A stretch of DNA of 63,805 nt, the filler included, from Dugesia japonica (Eukaryota), in the NCBI GenBank assembly GCA_001938525.1. It is 4 parts of 4 records of this genome, joined end to end, with 100 filler letters (N's around TTAATTAATTAA, not from the genome) between each part and the next. Parts side by side here need not be neighbours in the genome. Positions count along the whole stretch, not along the records: positions 1 to 18,299 come from MQRL01603751.1; 3 more parts are not named here. One strand, given 5' to 3'. Positions 1 through 13,148 of the stretch are shown piece by piece (position 1 is the first letter of the stretch; every line of letters starts with the position of its first letter). Below the pieces are notes generated by a model, which made no database searches, was not told where the DNA came from, and saw only the letters and a program-made list of their open reading frames with translations. Both the position numbers and the translations under genes were made by a program.

Positions 1-80
1 TGTTTACGAGTTTCATTTAATTCTAACCATTACACAAAATGTAAAGAATTTTTGTGCAGTATCTACATTTTAAGCACGTC

Positions 81-119
81 ATTATTTAACAAATGAACGG
101 TTCGTTATTATTTCACAAC
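81..119 (+). repeat. Short dispersed repeat (second copy at 4361-4399)
   Basis: ATTATTTAACAAA(T/G)GAACGGTTCGTTATTATT(T/A)CACAA occurs here and again inside the Gypsy relic at 4361-4399. Confidence 0.7.
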
Positions 120-1041
120 ATATATGCTGGTGATAAATTTTTTGGTATCTATTTGATACCGCAATTTATTTCTTTACAACCTAATATTTTACTTTATACA
201 CCTTATATAACTCAACATAATCTTTACAATTAAAACTTATAAAGTGTTATAAACAGTAACGTATAACGCGTAAGAAAAATTTAACTTTAAGATCAATTTG
301 CGCGAATTCTTAAAACGAGGTCGTATCCATTTTTTTATAAAGGATAATATATGAAAATAGTTTATACAGCATTAAGTAAAACGATGATAAAGATATAATA
401 ACTAATTTATATTAAAAAACTTAAAAATTTATTTTCCAGAAAAAAATTATTTCATTCTACGATTTTTGTTTAAATAATGAATACGCAATTCGTCGACTCT
501 TATTGGTCATTTTGAAAATGAATAAACCACTTGAACGTTTGATTGAAAATATTAATATAAATTTCAATAAATAGCTGATAGCAATATATTAAACATAAAA
601 TCAACTGGAAAATTTTTAGTTAATTTTACTTTGAAAAAGAAAAAAAAACAAAATTTGGTCATTTGGTTACATTCACTTCAGTGAGTTCTCTAAATGATTG
701 TGAGTTGGAAAATGTATTTTTATAATAATAATAATGTCATAAAAAGTTTTATTATTTCACTTAAGAATTTGTTTTATTGAAATATTTTACAAAATCAAAT
801 TTTATTTCAATAATAATACAATGACATTTGTTTAAATTTAAGTATTGAATTTTATATTAAACATTTTAAATTTTATTAATAATATTTTAGTTATGTTTCT
901 TTACCTCATTTATTATAGAAATAAATAATTTAAATGAAATTATTGTTAATAACTTATTGGAATAAATTGTTAATATTAGCATGTCTTAATGTATGATTGA
1001 CAAAAATGATGACACAAATCTCAAATTTTTTTTTGTTAAAA

Positions 1042-1042
<1 letters not shown>

Positions 1043-1097
<55 letters not shown>
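1043..1097. repeat. (TTA)n microsatellite running into assembly gap
   Basis: Perfect TTA triplet array followed by Ns. Confidence 0.95.
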
Positions 1098-1823
1098 NNN
1101 NNNNNNNNNNNNNNNNNNNNNNNNNNNNNNNNNNNNNNNNNNNNNNNNNNNNNNNNNNNNNNNNNNNNNNNNNNNNNNNNNNNNNNNNNNNNNNNNNNNN
1201 NNNNNNNNNNNNNNNNNNNNNNNNNNNNNNNNNNNNNNNNNNNNNNNNNNNNNNNNNNNNNNNNNNNNNNNNNNNNNNNNNNNNNNNATTTACTTATAAA
1301 CTTTGGTCTTATTTTATATTTTTTCATTTTTCTTTTAACATCCATCAAAATTTAATTTATTATTATTAAATACTGATTACATAATCACAAATTCATAATC
1401 AATCACTCCAAATAATTGCATCCAGATAACAGTCATTATATTATAATAATATTATAAAAAGATCAAGAGATTCTAATTTTGTTTTTAAATATGCATGGGG
1501 CGCAGGGGGAGCTCAAAGGTTTATTGTATGGGAGCCGTTTTCGAAATTTGAACAACGTTTTTGAGCCACAAGTTCTCGATATACTATGAATCTGAATTTA
1601 ATTTTATTATTATTAGGGCTAGTATTAAAAAAAACTAATTTTTTTCTTTAAAATTTTTATTATGATTTATTATCAAATTTATTAAATAAAAAAAAACGAA
1701 ATTCATCCCTTAATTTCTTGAAGAGTAAAAACGAGAAAAAAAATTTAGATTTTGTGTGCATAAAACATCAACCAAATAGGAATAAAATTTAAAAATTTTA
1801 GTTGTAACTTTTAAAATTATAAT

Positions 1824-1887
1824 TGAGCCACAAATACATTTACAAAGAGCCGCACTTGGCTCAAGAGTCACACTTTGTCCGGGGCTG
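1824..1887. mobile_element. hAT (Charlie-like) MITE terminal remnant
   Basis: GAGCCGCACTTGGCTCAAGAGTCACACTTTGTCCGGGGCTG resembles the GAGCCGCA...GGCTC..GAGCCGCAG...CCCCTG subterminal/TIR pattern of hAT MITEs; GAGCC motifs recur at 1531-1570. Confidence 0.45.
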
Positions 1888-2665
1888 ATCTTTAATACAA
1901 AATGGTTTGAAGAGACTTACGTAATTTTTTTTAGTTGAGATAATTTTTACAAAATGTTCTGCAGTAAATAAATAATATTTAAAATTACGTTTGTTTTTCA
2001 TTTGCTACTAATCTTTTTATTTTGAAATTTATAAAATCTTAAAAAATACTCATATTTTGTCTATACTAGAATATTTCTATTACTTGAAATTTACAAATTG
2101 ATAAATTGGACATATGTCATACAAACGTGCCATGAGACGATTTTAGTTAACATATGGACTAAAATATTGAAAACAATCTTATCCCATTTTATATTCTACT
2201 TTCTATCATACTTCCACTTTTCAAATGTTTTCGGAAATGAATTTATTGAAAGTTTTTAAATTTCAGAAAGAATATATAAAAGAATAAAAATAAAAAACTT
2301 TAAGTGGTACAATAATATAATATTAGAACTTTATATATATTTAAAAATTTTTTAAAACTGTATAATTAAATTAATAAAATTATTTTAAAATTATTAAAAA
2401 ATTTATTTAACTTATTTATTGAGTAATAAGTAAGTTGAACAAAATTGTTTTCAACTTATTTGTAAAAGTTAAATATTAGTAATAATAATNNNNNNNNNNN
2501 NNNNNNNNNNNNNNNNNNNNNNNNNNNNNNNNNNNNNNNNNNNNNNNNNNNNNNNNNNNNNNNNNNNNNNNNNNNNNNNNNNNNNNNNNNNNNNNNNNNN
2601 NNNNNNNNNNNNNNNNNNNNNNNNNNNNNNNNNNNNAGCATATTAAAATCCATTAAAATTCTTAC

Positions 2666-3097
2666 CAATCCTGATGGAATATCATATTCTTGACTGCAAC
2701 CAATTAAAGGTATTTTTAATTCAGTCGCAAGTAAAGCCATTTCTTGATTAATGGAATTAGAAACAAGATATGCTGGAATATGCTGATAGATTTTGCGAAA
2801 TTTTTCTATTTTATTCATAATATACCAAATTCCACCAACCGGATTATATCCATTTCCGTAATCAAGTTTTATTCTGGTCATATGAATATTGATAATTACA
2901 TTGTTGAGAGCAGAGAAGTTTCTGAAGAATTCTTGTTGAAGGCTCATCCATTCTTTATCCTCATTACTGGCAGTGCTGGAATCTCTAATTATTAGAATCA
3001 CATGTACTAACACCGTGTTAGGTGTTTGTTTGTACTCATGTAAACTGTGAGAGTGCATAATTAAAAATGCAATAAATACGAAGCAGCATAACCCCAT
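2666..3097 (-). CDS. First exon of a secreted/membrane receptor: signal peptide plus ANF-receptor/iGluR amino-terminal-domain-like region
   Basis: 144 open codons, hydrophobic N-terminus MGLCCFVFIAFLIMHSHS, motif LLATELKIPLIG like the (A/S)xxxxIP(L/V)I(G/S) strand of ANF-receptor ATDs; ends in frame at strong donor TTG|GTAAGA (2665). Confidence 0.55.
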
Positions 3098-3341
3098 TTT
3101 TAAACATATATTTGTATTTAAAATTTATCAAATAAATTAAAATATAATTATAAAGCTGACCAATAAAAATAAACCAATTAAAATCNCAATTGCATATTAT
3201 TTTTGATAATAAAATGTTGCAGTTATTTCAATAAATTGTATATAATTTGGCATAATTTAAAACTATGTACATATTTTCATTTTGTTTGGAATCTATTTTT
3301 GATGTTTCTCATTTATCATTATTTTATCTGTTTTTCTTTTA

Positions 3342-3701
3342 TTATTTTTCCATAATCGTTTTCTTTATTGATTCCTCATCTTGTTTAACTAGGGCTGTTA
3401 AGCATAAGTATCTGCTAAATTCATCTATTATGGCACATATATATCTTTTTCTTCCTATAGTTTCTTGGAAAGGCCAACAGATATCAATATAAAAACTCTC
3501 AAATGGTTCATTAGCCTTTAATTTTATAGTTTTCTCCTTTGTTTTAATTGTTGTTACTTTGTTCATTTGACACGCTGTACATTCTTTAACTACTTTTGAC
3601 ACAGTTTTTCTCAAATCTTCCATATCATATTCATTTTTCAAATAATTTATCACTTTTTCCGTGCCTGCGTGCACCAATAAATTATGCNTTTCTTTTACCA
3701 T
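3342..3701 (-). pseudogene. Gypsy integrase N-terminal fragment
   Basis: HHCC zinc finger and first catalytic Asp region in ORF track. Confidence 0.9.
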
Positions 3702-3992
3702 TTGAATTTTCTTTTCTGAATTTTGCAGTCTTTTGCTTTTATTATATCTTCTATTAATCGAAACTTTTTACATGTTACATTTTTTTATATTATTCTTTAT
3801 CTGTTCAATTTCTTCTACATTACTTTGACATTTATATGTATCGGAACCTGATATACAATTAATTGTTTTTGTCTTTATTTTTCCTTTCTTTGGATTCTCA
3901 TAATCTGTTAAGCATTGTACACAAGTACCACAATTCATTCTCGAAAGCATATCTAAATTCGTATGTTTTGGACATTGTCTTAATTCCAATAC

Positions 3993-4047
3993 CATTTAAA
4001 ATAAAAGCTTCGATCAAAATTTGTTTTTTTGGTTTTTGATAATAATT
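3993..4047 (-). repeat. 3' tail of the hammerhead-bearing short repeat (family A) inserted in Gypsy RNase H region
   Basis: Reverse complement matches 24235-24290 and 34745-34805 (TTTTGATCGAAGCTTTTATTTTAAATG). Confidence 0.8.
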
Positions 4048-5384
4048 CAACATCATATCTAGGCTACTAAGAAAATTCATCCAAATCTGAAACTGCGGAG
4101 TAATTGGCTTGTTTCTCTTTTTCATAAATGCTATTGCCTTGTGATCTTTTTTTTAAAAAAATATTTAAAATGGTTACAAAATTAGTAAATGGCCAATAAT
4201 TCCTTTCTTGTTATACAATATCTTTTATCATGAGCTNAAATTTTATCAATTTGATCACAATACTCTTTTTACTTAATTGTTTCACCAGTATCAATGAAGT
4301 TGTAATAGATTAGATTTTTAATGACTACCAAACACTCACCATGGCGCTTTATATGACTAAATTATTTAACAAAGGAACGGTTCGTTATTATTACACAAAA
4401 TATAATGAACTGCCTGTCTTTCTGTGATTGCATTCGATTTTCTAAAATCTAGACATAATCTAACATCTTTTCTTACTTTTATTTATATAATTATTTATAC
4501 CANNNNNNNNNNNNNNNNNNNNNNNNNNNNNNNNNNNNNNNNNNNNNNNNNNNCTCCAATAATCTCGACTTCGGCCAGAGCTTGGGTATTCATCTTGATA
4601 AATCTTTGATTCTTTATTACAATATGTACTTTTGTCTTCTCTACATGCACAATCTTTTCCATTTTACTCGAATGAATTAACGTGGATTCCATTTCTTCCA
4701 GTGTAATTATTCGTATTGTTCAAATAATATCATTGTTTGCTATTTTCAAATTTTTTTCTCTTTTTAAATATTGTTCAGATAGGACTTATTTTTCTTTCTT
4801 GACAATTTCTGCTTACATGACCTATTTTGTTACAGGTGCAACACATGATGTCTCATCTTTCGTTCTTTTTGTTCTGTTTTATTTCTTCATTACGACTCTT
4901 TTTGACATTTTTCGGTTCTGTACTTCTGCGAACTGCATCTCTGTAGTAGCGAACTACATATATTTCTTCAGTTTTTACTTCGTCTTTTATGTCTTCCCAC
5001 TCTTATTGTTTTAAATACATCTTCTACATTTTCTATTTTTCCTTATTCGATCTTATGTTTAAACTTTCTGTCATTGCAAATATATATTATTAGCTCTTTT
5101 GTTAAGTCTCCTTTGTTACATTTATGAGCCATTTATGTCTCTACCATTTCTTCTATCTTTTTTTTTTAAGATACTCACATGCTCTCCATTCCTTCGAAAA
5201 TTTAGAGCTTTCTCCATATCCTTAAGCATTGTCGATGGCCTAAAGAAAGTCTTTCTGAATCTTTCTTCAAATCTCAATGCTTCATCCTTATTTTCATAGA
5301 TTTTAAGCTGTTCTTTATCTATGAGAAAAATAATTTTGAAAATTCCAGGGTGCATTGCTTCATTTAGCAAATCCAATGATGCGT

Positions 5385-5393
5385 TGGTCGCCA
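5385..5393 (-). promoter_or_regulatory. Primer-binding site TGGCGACCA (tRNA-Arg type)
   Basis: Immediately follows LTR end; same PBS as 35062-35072. Confidence 0.75.
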
Positions 5394-5815
5394 GATTAGT
5401 TAAATTCAAAACGTCACAACTCTCCATAAGTTTTTATTTATTATTACAAGTTTTTTGATTAAAGTAAAAATGAGGAAGAATAATTTATAGTATTCAAACA
5501 AATAACCTCAGAAATTAAAAAGAATATTTTTTAAAAATATCGATTTTAATTTTATAAAATACTTTTTTTTACATATATCTTTAATTTTTTTTTCATAATT
5601 TCATAAAATAATCTCTATACTTTTAAAATTTTGACTAATATCATATACAGAAATTATTTAAATAATTTCTATTTCAAAAATGTTTTATATTTTAAAAATT
5701 TATTTTTACTTTTTTTTACAATAATATTTGAAGGTTTCAAAAAAATAAATTTTAATATAATATAAAAAAACTAAAAAATCTCAAAGATATTTAAAATCTA
5801 TGAATCATTCTTACA
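5394..5815 (-). mobile_element. 5' LTR (same family as solo LTR 51396-51802)
   Basis: Starts TGTAAG; colinear similarity to 51396-51802 ending GAGAGTTGTGA..TTTTGAATTTAACTAAT. Confidence 0.85.
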
Positions 5816-6119
5816 ATTATTATTATTATTATTATTATNNNNNNNNNNNNNNNNNNNNNNNNNNNNNNNNNNNNNNNNNNNNNNNNNNNNNNNNNTTATT
5901 ATTATTATTAATTGTTATTAGTAAAAAGAAAAAAATTAAAATCAAAGAAAATTTTATTAAAGATACGTTATTTTAATATTAATTTTAATTATTTATAATT
6001 ATTAATAATTTATATAATTTATTAATAATTAAAAAATTATGAAGCCATAATAATAGGCACTTAATGAAGAAAAGTTATACAATTAAAATAATTATGATAA
6101 TAATTGTTCGGCTTAACTA

Positions 6120-6720
6120 TTGGGTATTTTTTAAAAAATACCTAAAAAATTAATTTTATTTATAAAATACAAAAAATATTTATTGAATTTATAGAATACC
6201 TAAGAAATTTTACATACAAAAATCAATAAAAAATAGTTTAAGAAAAAATTATTTAACAATATCAATCTTTACTTTATTCAAATCTCATATATTACATATT
6301 TTTTTATTAAATGGAAAATGAACAAAATGTAAATTGGACATAATCGACAAACTTATCTCGGGCAGATAAACAATTAATTTATATTTATTTTTTTAATTGA
6401 TATTTTGTATATAAAATTTCACGATGTATCGAATTTTTTCTTTATTTATGTTCATTTNNNNNNNNNNNNNNNNNNNNNNNNNNNNNNNNNNNNNNNNNNN
6501 NNNNNNNNNNNNNNNNNNNNNNNNNNTATTAAATTTATATAATTGAAATATTTAAACAAATAAAATATCAATAAAAATATCTGTAGACGTTTTTCGCTGC
6601 CTTTTCACAAAATCGGCGGAAACCTTTTAGACAACTAAATATTTTCTTAAGTATTCTATAAATTCCACAATTATTTTAAAGTATTTTATAAGTAAAATTC
6701 ATATTTTTCGAAAATTCCTA
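6120..6720. mobile_element. Possible foldback/MITE with long imperfect inverted repeats
   Basis: TTTATTTATAAAATAC...AATTTATAGAATACCTAAGAAA (6155-6210) is inverted relative to TTTCTTAAGTATTCTATAAATT...GTATTTTATAAGTAAAA (6642-6697). Confidence 0.45.
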
Positions 6721-7799
6721 TTTATTGATCGTATTTAATATTTCATTGTATTAAAAGCATCGATACAAATAGTATTTTCATACTATCGAAGAACAAAAAT
6801 AAAATATATATAAAAAAACAATATTATATCAAAGATTTTAATTTAATGTTATAATGAAGAAAATATTATATTTGTTAAATTATAGAAAAACACAAATCAA
6901 TCAAATAAACATGCAAGACATGAGATTACATGGTTTAATAAATCTCTTTAAATAATCCAGATTGCGTCGAGTCAACTTGTATCGATTATTCAACAACTAT
7001 TTGTTTATATAATATTAAAATTATAATTAAATAAATTTCCAGTTTCGACGAATTTAAACAAATCGAGTAAATAATTTAAAAATTCAATTAATAAATGTAA
7101 ATATTAGAAATTAAATTTCTGGATTTTTTTTTGAGAGATTTGGAACAGTAATTACTCGTCTTTGTTACAAATATTTAACTGAGTCTATTTCGGGATGAAT
7201 TTTCAATAATTTCATCAAACTAGACTTAATTTCATTTCATAATTGTATTTTTTTTAATATATGAAATTGATTTTTCACTTGATTGTTAAATTTTTTTGTT
7301 AAAAATGTATTATTATAATAATATAATTGTTCTACAATTGCTACTTGATAAAAGAAAGAAATACGAAAAGCTTTATTATTTATGAAAAGTATAAAAATCA
7401 AAAGGATTTTTTATATTTAATATTCAAACATTATCTAAAATGTGTTTGTCATAACAAATAATTGTCCAATAGAAATGTAGAATATAAACTCTATTAGAAA
7501 ACAGTTCAAATTGACCTTTAAGAATGAAATCATGTTTTTATCGATATTTATAAATATCTGACAATAAACAAATTTCTAAATTTAAATACGAATAACAAAT
7601 ATAAAATATTAATTAAAAGCAATATAATGATGTTAATATTATTAAGTCTTTGTAGTTTCGTGTTCTAAATTCTGTTTTTTGAGAAATTTTTTTGATTTTA
7701 TTTGTGTACTAATTGATCATGAGGCTTGAATCCAAAGAACCTTGTGAGGTTATACTGAAGTTCTTTTTTATTCTTAAGGAGCCTCTCTCAGGGTAAATG

Positions 7800-8330
7800 T
7801 ACCGTTGATCAAAAAATTTGAAAGTTTGAAGCCACAAAATCTGGTAAGTATGATGGATGCAGTAATCTCTCAATTCCATTAAGAATATCGATAGTTTCTG
7901 TTAATTTCCGTGATCCAGAATCGTTTGTTTGTAACCAAATATTCTTCCGGTTGATAAAATATGTGAATATTTTGCTTTCATAACTGTATTGAGTAAATGT
8001 CGGAGTTTATATTCAGACAATCTGACATAAATCATGAAAACAAAATCCAAAAAACAGAAAACCCAACCTTTTAAATTAGCATCTTAAATATAAGAAATGG
8101 ATAATTCATATTTGGACAGCCATTGCAACTTTTCGTCTATTGCAACAGTTCTTTTAAAAACCGGTCTAATAAGTTATTAAATAACATTTCGCAAATTTGA
8201 AACTACCGACTTCTAATAAAGGTGATTTTTCGGAGTCTGGTTTGCGTTTGAGAATTAAAACATCGTTGTTAAACTTGATAAACCAGCGTCTTGTTGTACT
8301 TTCTTTAATCTCATAGACGACCCATATAAA
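7800..8330 (-). pseudogene. mariner (DD34D) transposase relic
   Basis: Translated fragments ESTTRRWFIKF (HTH), VFKRTVAIDEK, INRKNIWLQ, LLHPSYLPDFVASNFQIF (= HPPYSPDLAPSDYHLF). Confidence 0.8.
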
Positions 8331-8360
8331 GATATGAATAATTTATTAATTTTTTTAAAT

Positions 8361-8424
8361 TTCATTAAAATAAGATAAAGCTTCGATCAAAACAAAACAA
8401 AATTTATTTGTAAAAAAAGTTCAA
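8361..8424 (-). repeat. Family-B short repeat arm (homologous to 43122-43175)
   Basis: TTCATTAAAATAAGATAAAGCTTCGATC...TTTGTAAAAAAAGTTCAA matches the 43.1-kb palindrome arm; cut by gap. Confidence 0.7.
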
Positions 8425-8999
8425 NNNNNNNNNNNNNNNNNNNNNNNNNNNNNNNNNNNNNNNNNNNNNNNNNNNNNNNNNNNNNNNNNNNNNNNNNNNN
8501 NNNNNNNNNNNNNNNNNNNNNNNNNNNNNNNNNNNNNNNNNNNNNNNNNNNNNNNNNNNNNNNNNNNNNNNNNNNNNNNNNNNNNNNNNNNNNNNNNNNN
8601 NNNNNNNNNNNNNNNNNNNNNNNNNNNNNNNNNNNNNNNNNNNNNNNNNNNNNNNNNAAAAAATTTTCATAAAAGTACAAAACAAAATGGGCTTTTTTGA
8701 AAATTTTAAATAAAAAAATACAAAAAAATCATAAACAAAAATTAAAAAATTCTAAGTATAATATTTCTATAATATCTAAAAGACTTTTCTATATTAGACA
8801 AAAAAAATCCTTTTTTTTGAAAATTTTTTGATTTAAAAAATTAAAATCATTAAATTTTAAAAAAAAATTAACCAATAAAATTTTGATAAAATTTAAAAAA
8901 TTTAGTAACAAAGATCTATTGCATTGAATATCTCAAGAAGCNNNNNNNNNNNNNNNNNNNNNNNNNNNNNNNNNNNNNNNNNNNNNNNNNNNNNNNNNN

Positions 9000-9062
9000 A
9001 ATGAAATCTCAAATCCGATCAATGGTTAAGTCCAACAATTATTCTCACAATAATTGTAATTA
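9000..9062 (+). repeat. Family-B repeat distal segment (inverted copy of 43063-43127)
   Basis: AATGAAATCTCAAAT..ATCAATGGTTAAGTCCAACAATTATTCTCACA.TAATTGTAATTA. Confidence 0.8.
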
Positions 9063-9499
9063 TATAATTTTTTTAAATTTAAATTTAATTAATTAGTACT
9101 ATTATCTAAAGAAGATTAGTTAAAATTATATTTATTGGAAAATATATTCGTTTATGTTGCTTGTTTATATATTGATAGATTTAATAGATAGATTTATATA
9201 TTAATAAATAAATCTATCTTTGATTTTTGTTGAATAAATAATGTACAAAACTAGTAGTATTCTTATTGAAAATCAATTTTATTCAGTCGATTTGCATTAC
9301 ATGGTGACAGTAGTAGACACTGAATGTAATCAACTGAATAATTGGCACTAAAGTGTTTTGCCGCTGGAATCATTTTGAGCGGTTCATCAAACGATGCGAC
9401 TATTTTTCGATCCAAAAATAATCAAACAGAGATAAGAATAAAAAAGATTGTATTTTTGCATAGTGGATGAGAATCTTTTAGAGTTTATACTTAAACTCT

Positions 9500-11170
9500 G
9501 AAAACCGCCGAGAGATTCCAAGCTTATTTGATTATGGTCTTTGACGTTATCTAGTTATTATTACATATTTCCACAAATTAATTAATTATAGACACAATAG
9601 ACAAGATTTTGAGAGATATTTTAAGAATACCCAATTAAATCCTTTCAAAAAAACACAAGACGGTGAATTGTAAAAGAGGTAAATAAGTGAGGTGTAAAAG
9701 ATATGAAAATGGTGAACACAGTTAAGAACAACCGATAAATTTGTAACTGTTGGATGGCTAGAAAACTTATATAGAAATGTATATGAAAAAGCAGATAACA
9801 TTTATATAAAAAAGCGGTATCTAAGTGATAGAATTCTACTAGTATTAACGTTAGTTTGAATTATACATTGATAAGTAGATTGATTGATTGTCCTCAGGGG
9901 CTAAAAAGTTAGACAATATTAGTTGTGGACAAAGTTTAAAGTTTCCTAAAGAAAGAAAAGTTTATGGGTGATAGCAAAATATAATGGATTACTAAAACTG
10001 TAAAAAACGGATAATTGGAAGCATAGGTTGCACAGTAGATTATATATTACTGTATCAATTCAAGGGAATAATATCAAATATTCTGTAGATACCGGTGGAA
10101 AATCATTGTCGAGTTTAGGTTTCTTTAAATACATTTATGACCGCTAAATATAAAAATGAGCAAAAGAAGATTGAAAAATCTTACAAAACAGTACAATTTC
10201 AAAATAGTACCGAAAGCTAAAACAAGAGTAACATTTCTGGAAAACACATATGCGCCATAGTTTCTTCAGATTTGTGGCATCGACGGCACAGGTTTTGTTC
10301 TCTATTTATGTTTAGAGGTCTTGCATGAAATGAAAGGTTTTCCTGACAGATATATAAGATGCGCACATTTTTATAAAACACGATATAATCAATGTAAGAG
10401 CATATAAGGAAACAACTAACATAGACGTTAAATTATAAGAAGCATTTATAAATTTTTATGATAATAATATGCAATTATCCATAAAATACTATATTAATTT
10501 GTCTTTGAAAATGTGAAATAGAACATAAGAACATAATTAAAATGGTTTTGGAAATACTATCAAGCTTAACCTAGATGAGTAATGCAAAGAAAACGGCATT
10601 TTTAATGATTATAGAAAGTATTGGTTAGGTATTTTTTTATTTCTACATGGATTTCAAGTAATAACAGTACAGTAAACTATTCACTCTTTGAATGAATTAA
10701 AAAACAATTACTTTATTCGAGACAAAAAAATTTCAGAATCGTAACAATTCCAGATATGAATTAATTTTTTAAGTAGTATAGAGATAACCCTAAAATATAA
10801 AAATTAAATTCAACATGAAAATGTAGAAATGCTTACCAAAAAATTAAATATATACAATATCAAATGAAGATGTCATGAGAAGAAAGAACTGGGACACAAA
10901 TATTAAACGCGATAAACAAACGAAATGTGATCATATATTTCTGAATAAAAAGATTCAATCAACAAAACAATCTGAGAAATATACAGATTATTGTTACACA
11001 GAAGCCAAATACAGGAGATTGTTCGTAGTTGAAAAATTTGACAGATGATCAAAGTATTAAAATTACATCATATTACAAACTGGGAATTTGTTTGAAGTCG
11101 TATTAACAAATACATACTCAAAAAAATCGGATCACCAACAATTTCATATCGAATTGTAAAGGATGGTTAA
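9500..11170 (+). pseudogene. Highly decayed Ty3/Gypsy pol relic
   Basis: Protease-like LYITVSIQGNNIKYSVDTGG (~10040-10100), RT remnant G.YYQ..LDE..KKTAF (~10545-10600), RNase H remnant QFQI*INFLSSIEITLKY...HENVEML (~10745-10835). Confidence 0.65.
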
Positions 11171-11339
11171 TTTACCATTTAGGTTTATTTAATCCCATTA
11201 TCCAAATATGAGTTTCGTTTTTATATTTTCGGTTTATTGAATAATCTGTTTGTTTATCTGATTCAATTCTTAAATCNAGTAAATTAAATAATTTAAATAA
11301 GTAATCAATTTTCTAATTCTGTAATGTAAATTAAAATTG

Positions 11340-12170
11340 TTTAGATGATGGAGTTTAGAATAATGGAAAGTTCAATCGACAGTCACTAAATTTCTTCAAG
11401 ATTATAAGTCGACTTCGAACTATGAACCTAAAGTTGGTAGAGGAAGGAAAACAAAAACCAATACTGATGATCAAAATATTGTGTCGGGGTAAATGCTTGA
11501 ACCATTTAAGCGTAACAAATAAAAAGGGATCTAAATATAAATATTTCTCCGCAACGGATTACACAAAGCTAAATTTTATTCACATTTTCAAGTGCGAAAA
11601 TTGTTTTTGTACATTATTAATCAACAAAGATGATTGATGTGGGCAAAAGAGCATCTAATTTAGAGTAAAGAAGAATGTAAAAAGTTAATAAGGTCAGATA
11701 AATCACCATACAAGTTACGGTTTCAGCACTCAAAACGTGTTTGGAGACTTCAAAATGAGCGTTATTCCAAATCATACATGACGAGAACAGTCAAACAAGA
11801 TAGAATAATAATAGTCTTAGGATGTTTTGCCTCACATGGTGTTGGAAGTCTTTATGGGTTAAAAATAACAATCGACAAAGAATATATATTGTCAATTAAT
11901 AATTAGACAAATGCAATCTTCAGCAAATAAAATTGTTCCAAGATGGTATTTATATTTCTCAGCATGCAACGATCCGAAATACAAATCGAAAATTATTCAA
12001 AAAAATTTGTAGAGGAAAAATATTAAAACTTGGTCATTCTTAACCTGGTCATCTTAAATTCCGGATTTAAATCGGATTGAAAGCGTGTGAAACAAGTGGC
12101 TAACAGAAATCCACAAAATGAAAATGAATTATATCAAATTTACAAGTTGTATGGAAAAACATACCACCAT
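11340..12170 (+). pseudogene. Tc1 (DD34E) transposase relic
   Basis: QSTVTKFL...GRGRKTK HTH, SDKSP, IVLGCFASHGVGSL, NDPKYKSK, W.S..PDLNRIESV (= WPSQSPDLNPIENVW). Confidence 0.85.
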
Positions 12171-13148
12171 CCGAAAACCTTTTTTCCTACATCGTAACCA
12201 CCAATCAAAATCTTACATTTCTGAATAACTTCGTCAGCGATGGGGAGTACTGATCCAGTGCGCTACTATCTTCCGCGGAGTTCAGAAAATTTGCAATAAA
12301 TTACGGAAATTGTAACCAAAATGAACTTAACTTAGGAGGTCTTGTTAAAATATTTATTAATTATTAAAAAAATAATGTTTTATTAATAACGATAAATAAT
12401 TTGACATGTTTAGAATTATTTTAATATTCTTATGGGAATTTTGGAATTATTTTAGTTTTGATGTGGCATTTTTGCTAATATTCTGAAATAAATATCGAAT
12501 TAAAATTCAAAATTTTATTGCTAAATTTAAAAAGAAATCAAAATAAATTGAAATTATCTATAATCCTACCCATAAAATTGACGACTAGGGCTTGTGATTT
12601 CCTGAACGTTTTGCTTTCTCGAGATTCGAGTATTCCATTCGAACTTTTTTTTTAGTTTCACAACTACCAGTATTAATAAAGAAAATGAGTCGGAAAAAAG
12701 TTAGAATAACAAGAACGAAAATAATTTGGATTTATTTGTTTATTAAATATTGATAAATATTAAATATTATGATTTAAAATTAATATTTTAAATTATGTTA
12801 TGTTTTTCACTTGAGTTAATTAAAAATTTACATTCAGATTATTTGTAATTTGTCTAACACATAGTTAGATAAATATTTAATAATTAGTATAATTTTCATT
12901 AATAATAAGTAAAGTAATTAGAAATAATTTAATCTAATAAATAAATTAATCCATAAATAATTTTATTAATAATAAATAATTTAATTAGAAATAATTAAAA
13001 AGAAATTAGAAAATTAATAGAACCATTTTAGAATTGCGTTAGAATTTAAAATATATTTATAGTATAAAATATGATTCCAGATAGATCATTTCTACAAACC
13101 TCTATAATTGAAAAAATATAAATTCTGATTTTTGCATTTTGAAACTTA

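Larger units (their letters stand above)
3330..5815 (-). mobile_element. Degenerate Ty3/Gypsy LTR retrotransposon (5' LTR, PBS, gag, RNase H, integrase; internally deleted)
   Basis: Integrase HHCC (HNLLVHAG...CTACQMNK) plus EPFESFYIDICWP...AIIDEFSRY; RNase H YCITRKELLAI / PITPQFQIWMNFLSSLD; LTR and PBS upstream. Confidence 0.9.

Noticed and set aside
986-1355. Poly-N/L/Y/I ORFs here and at 42363-42807, 8387-8685, 60251-60514
   Set aside because: Artefacts of microsatellites and N gaps
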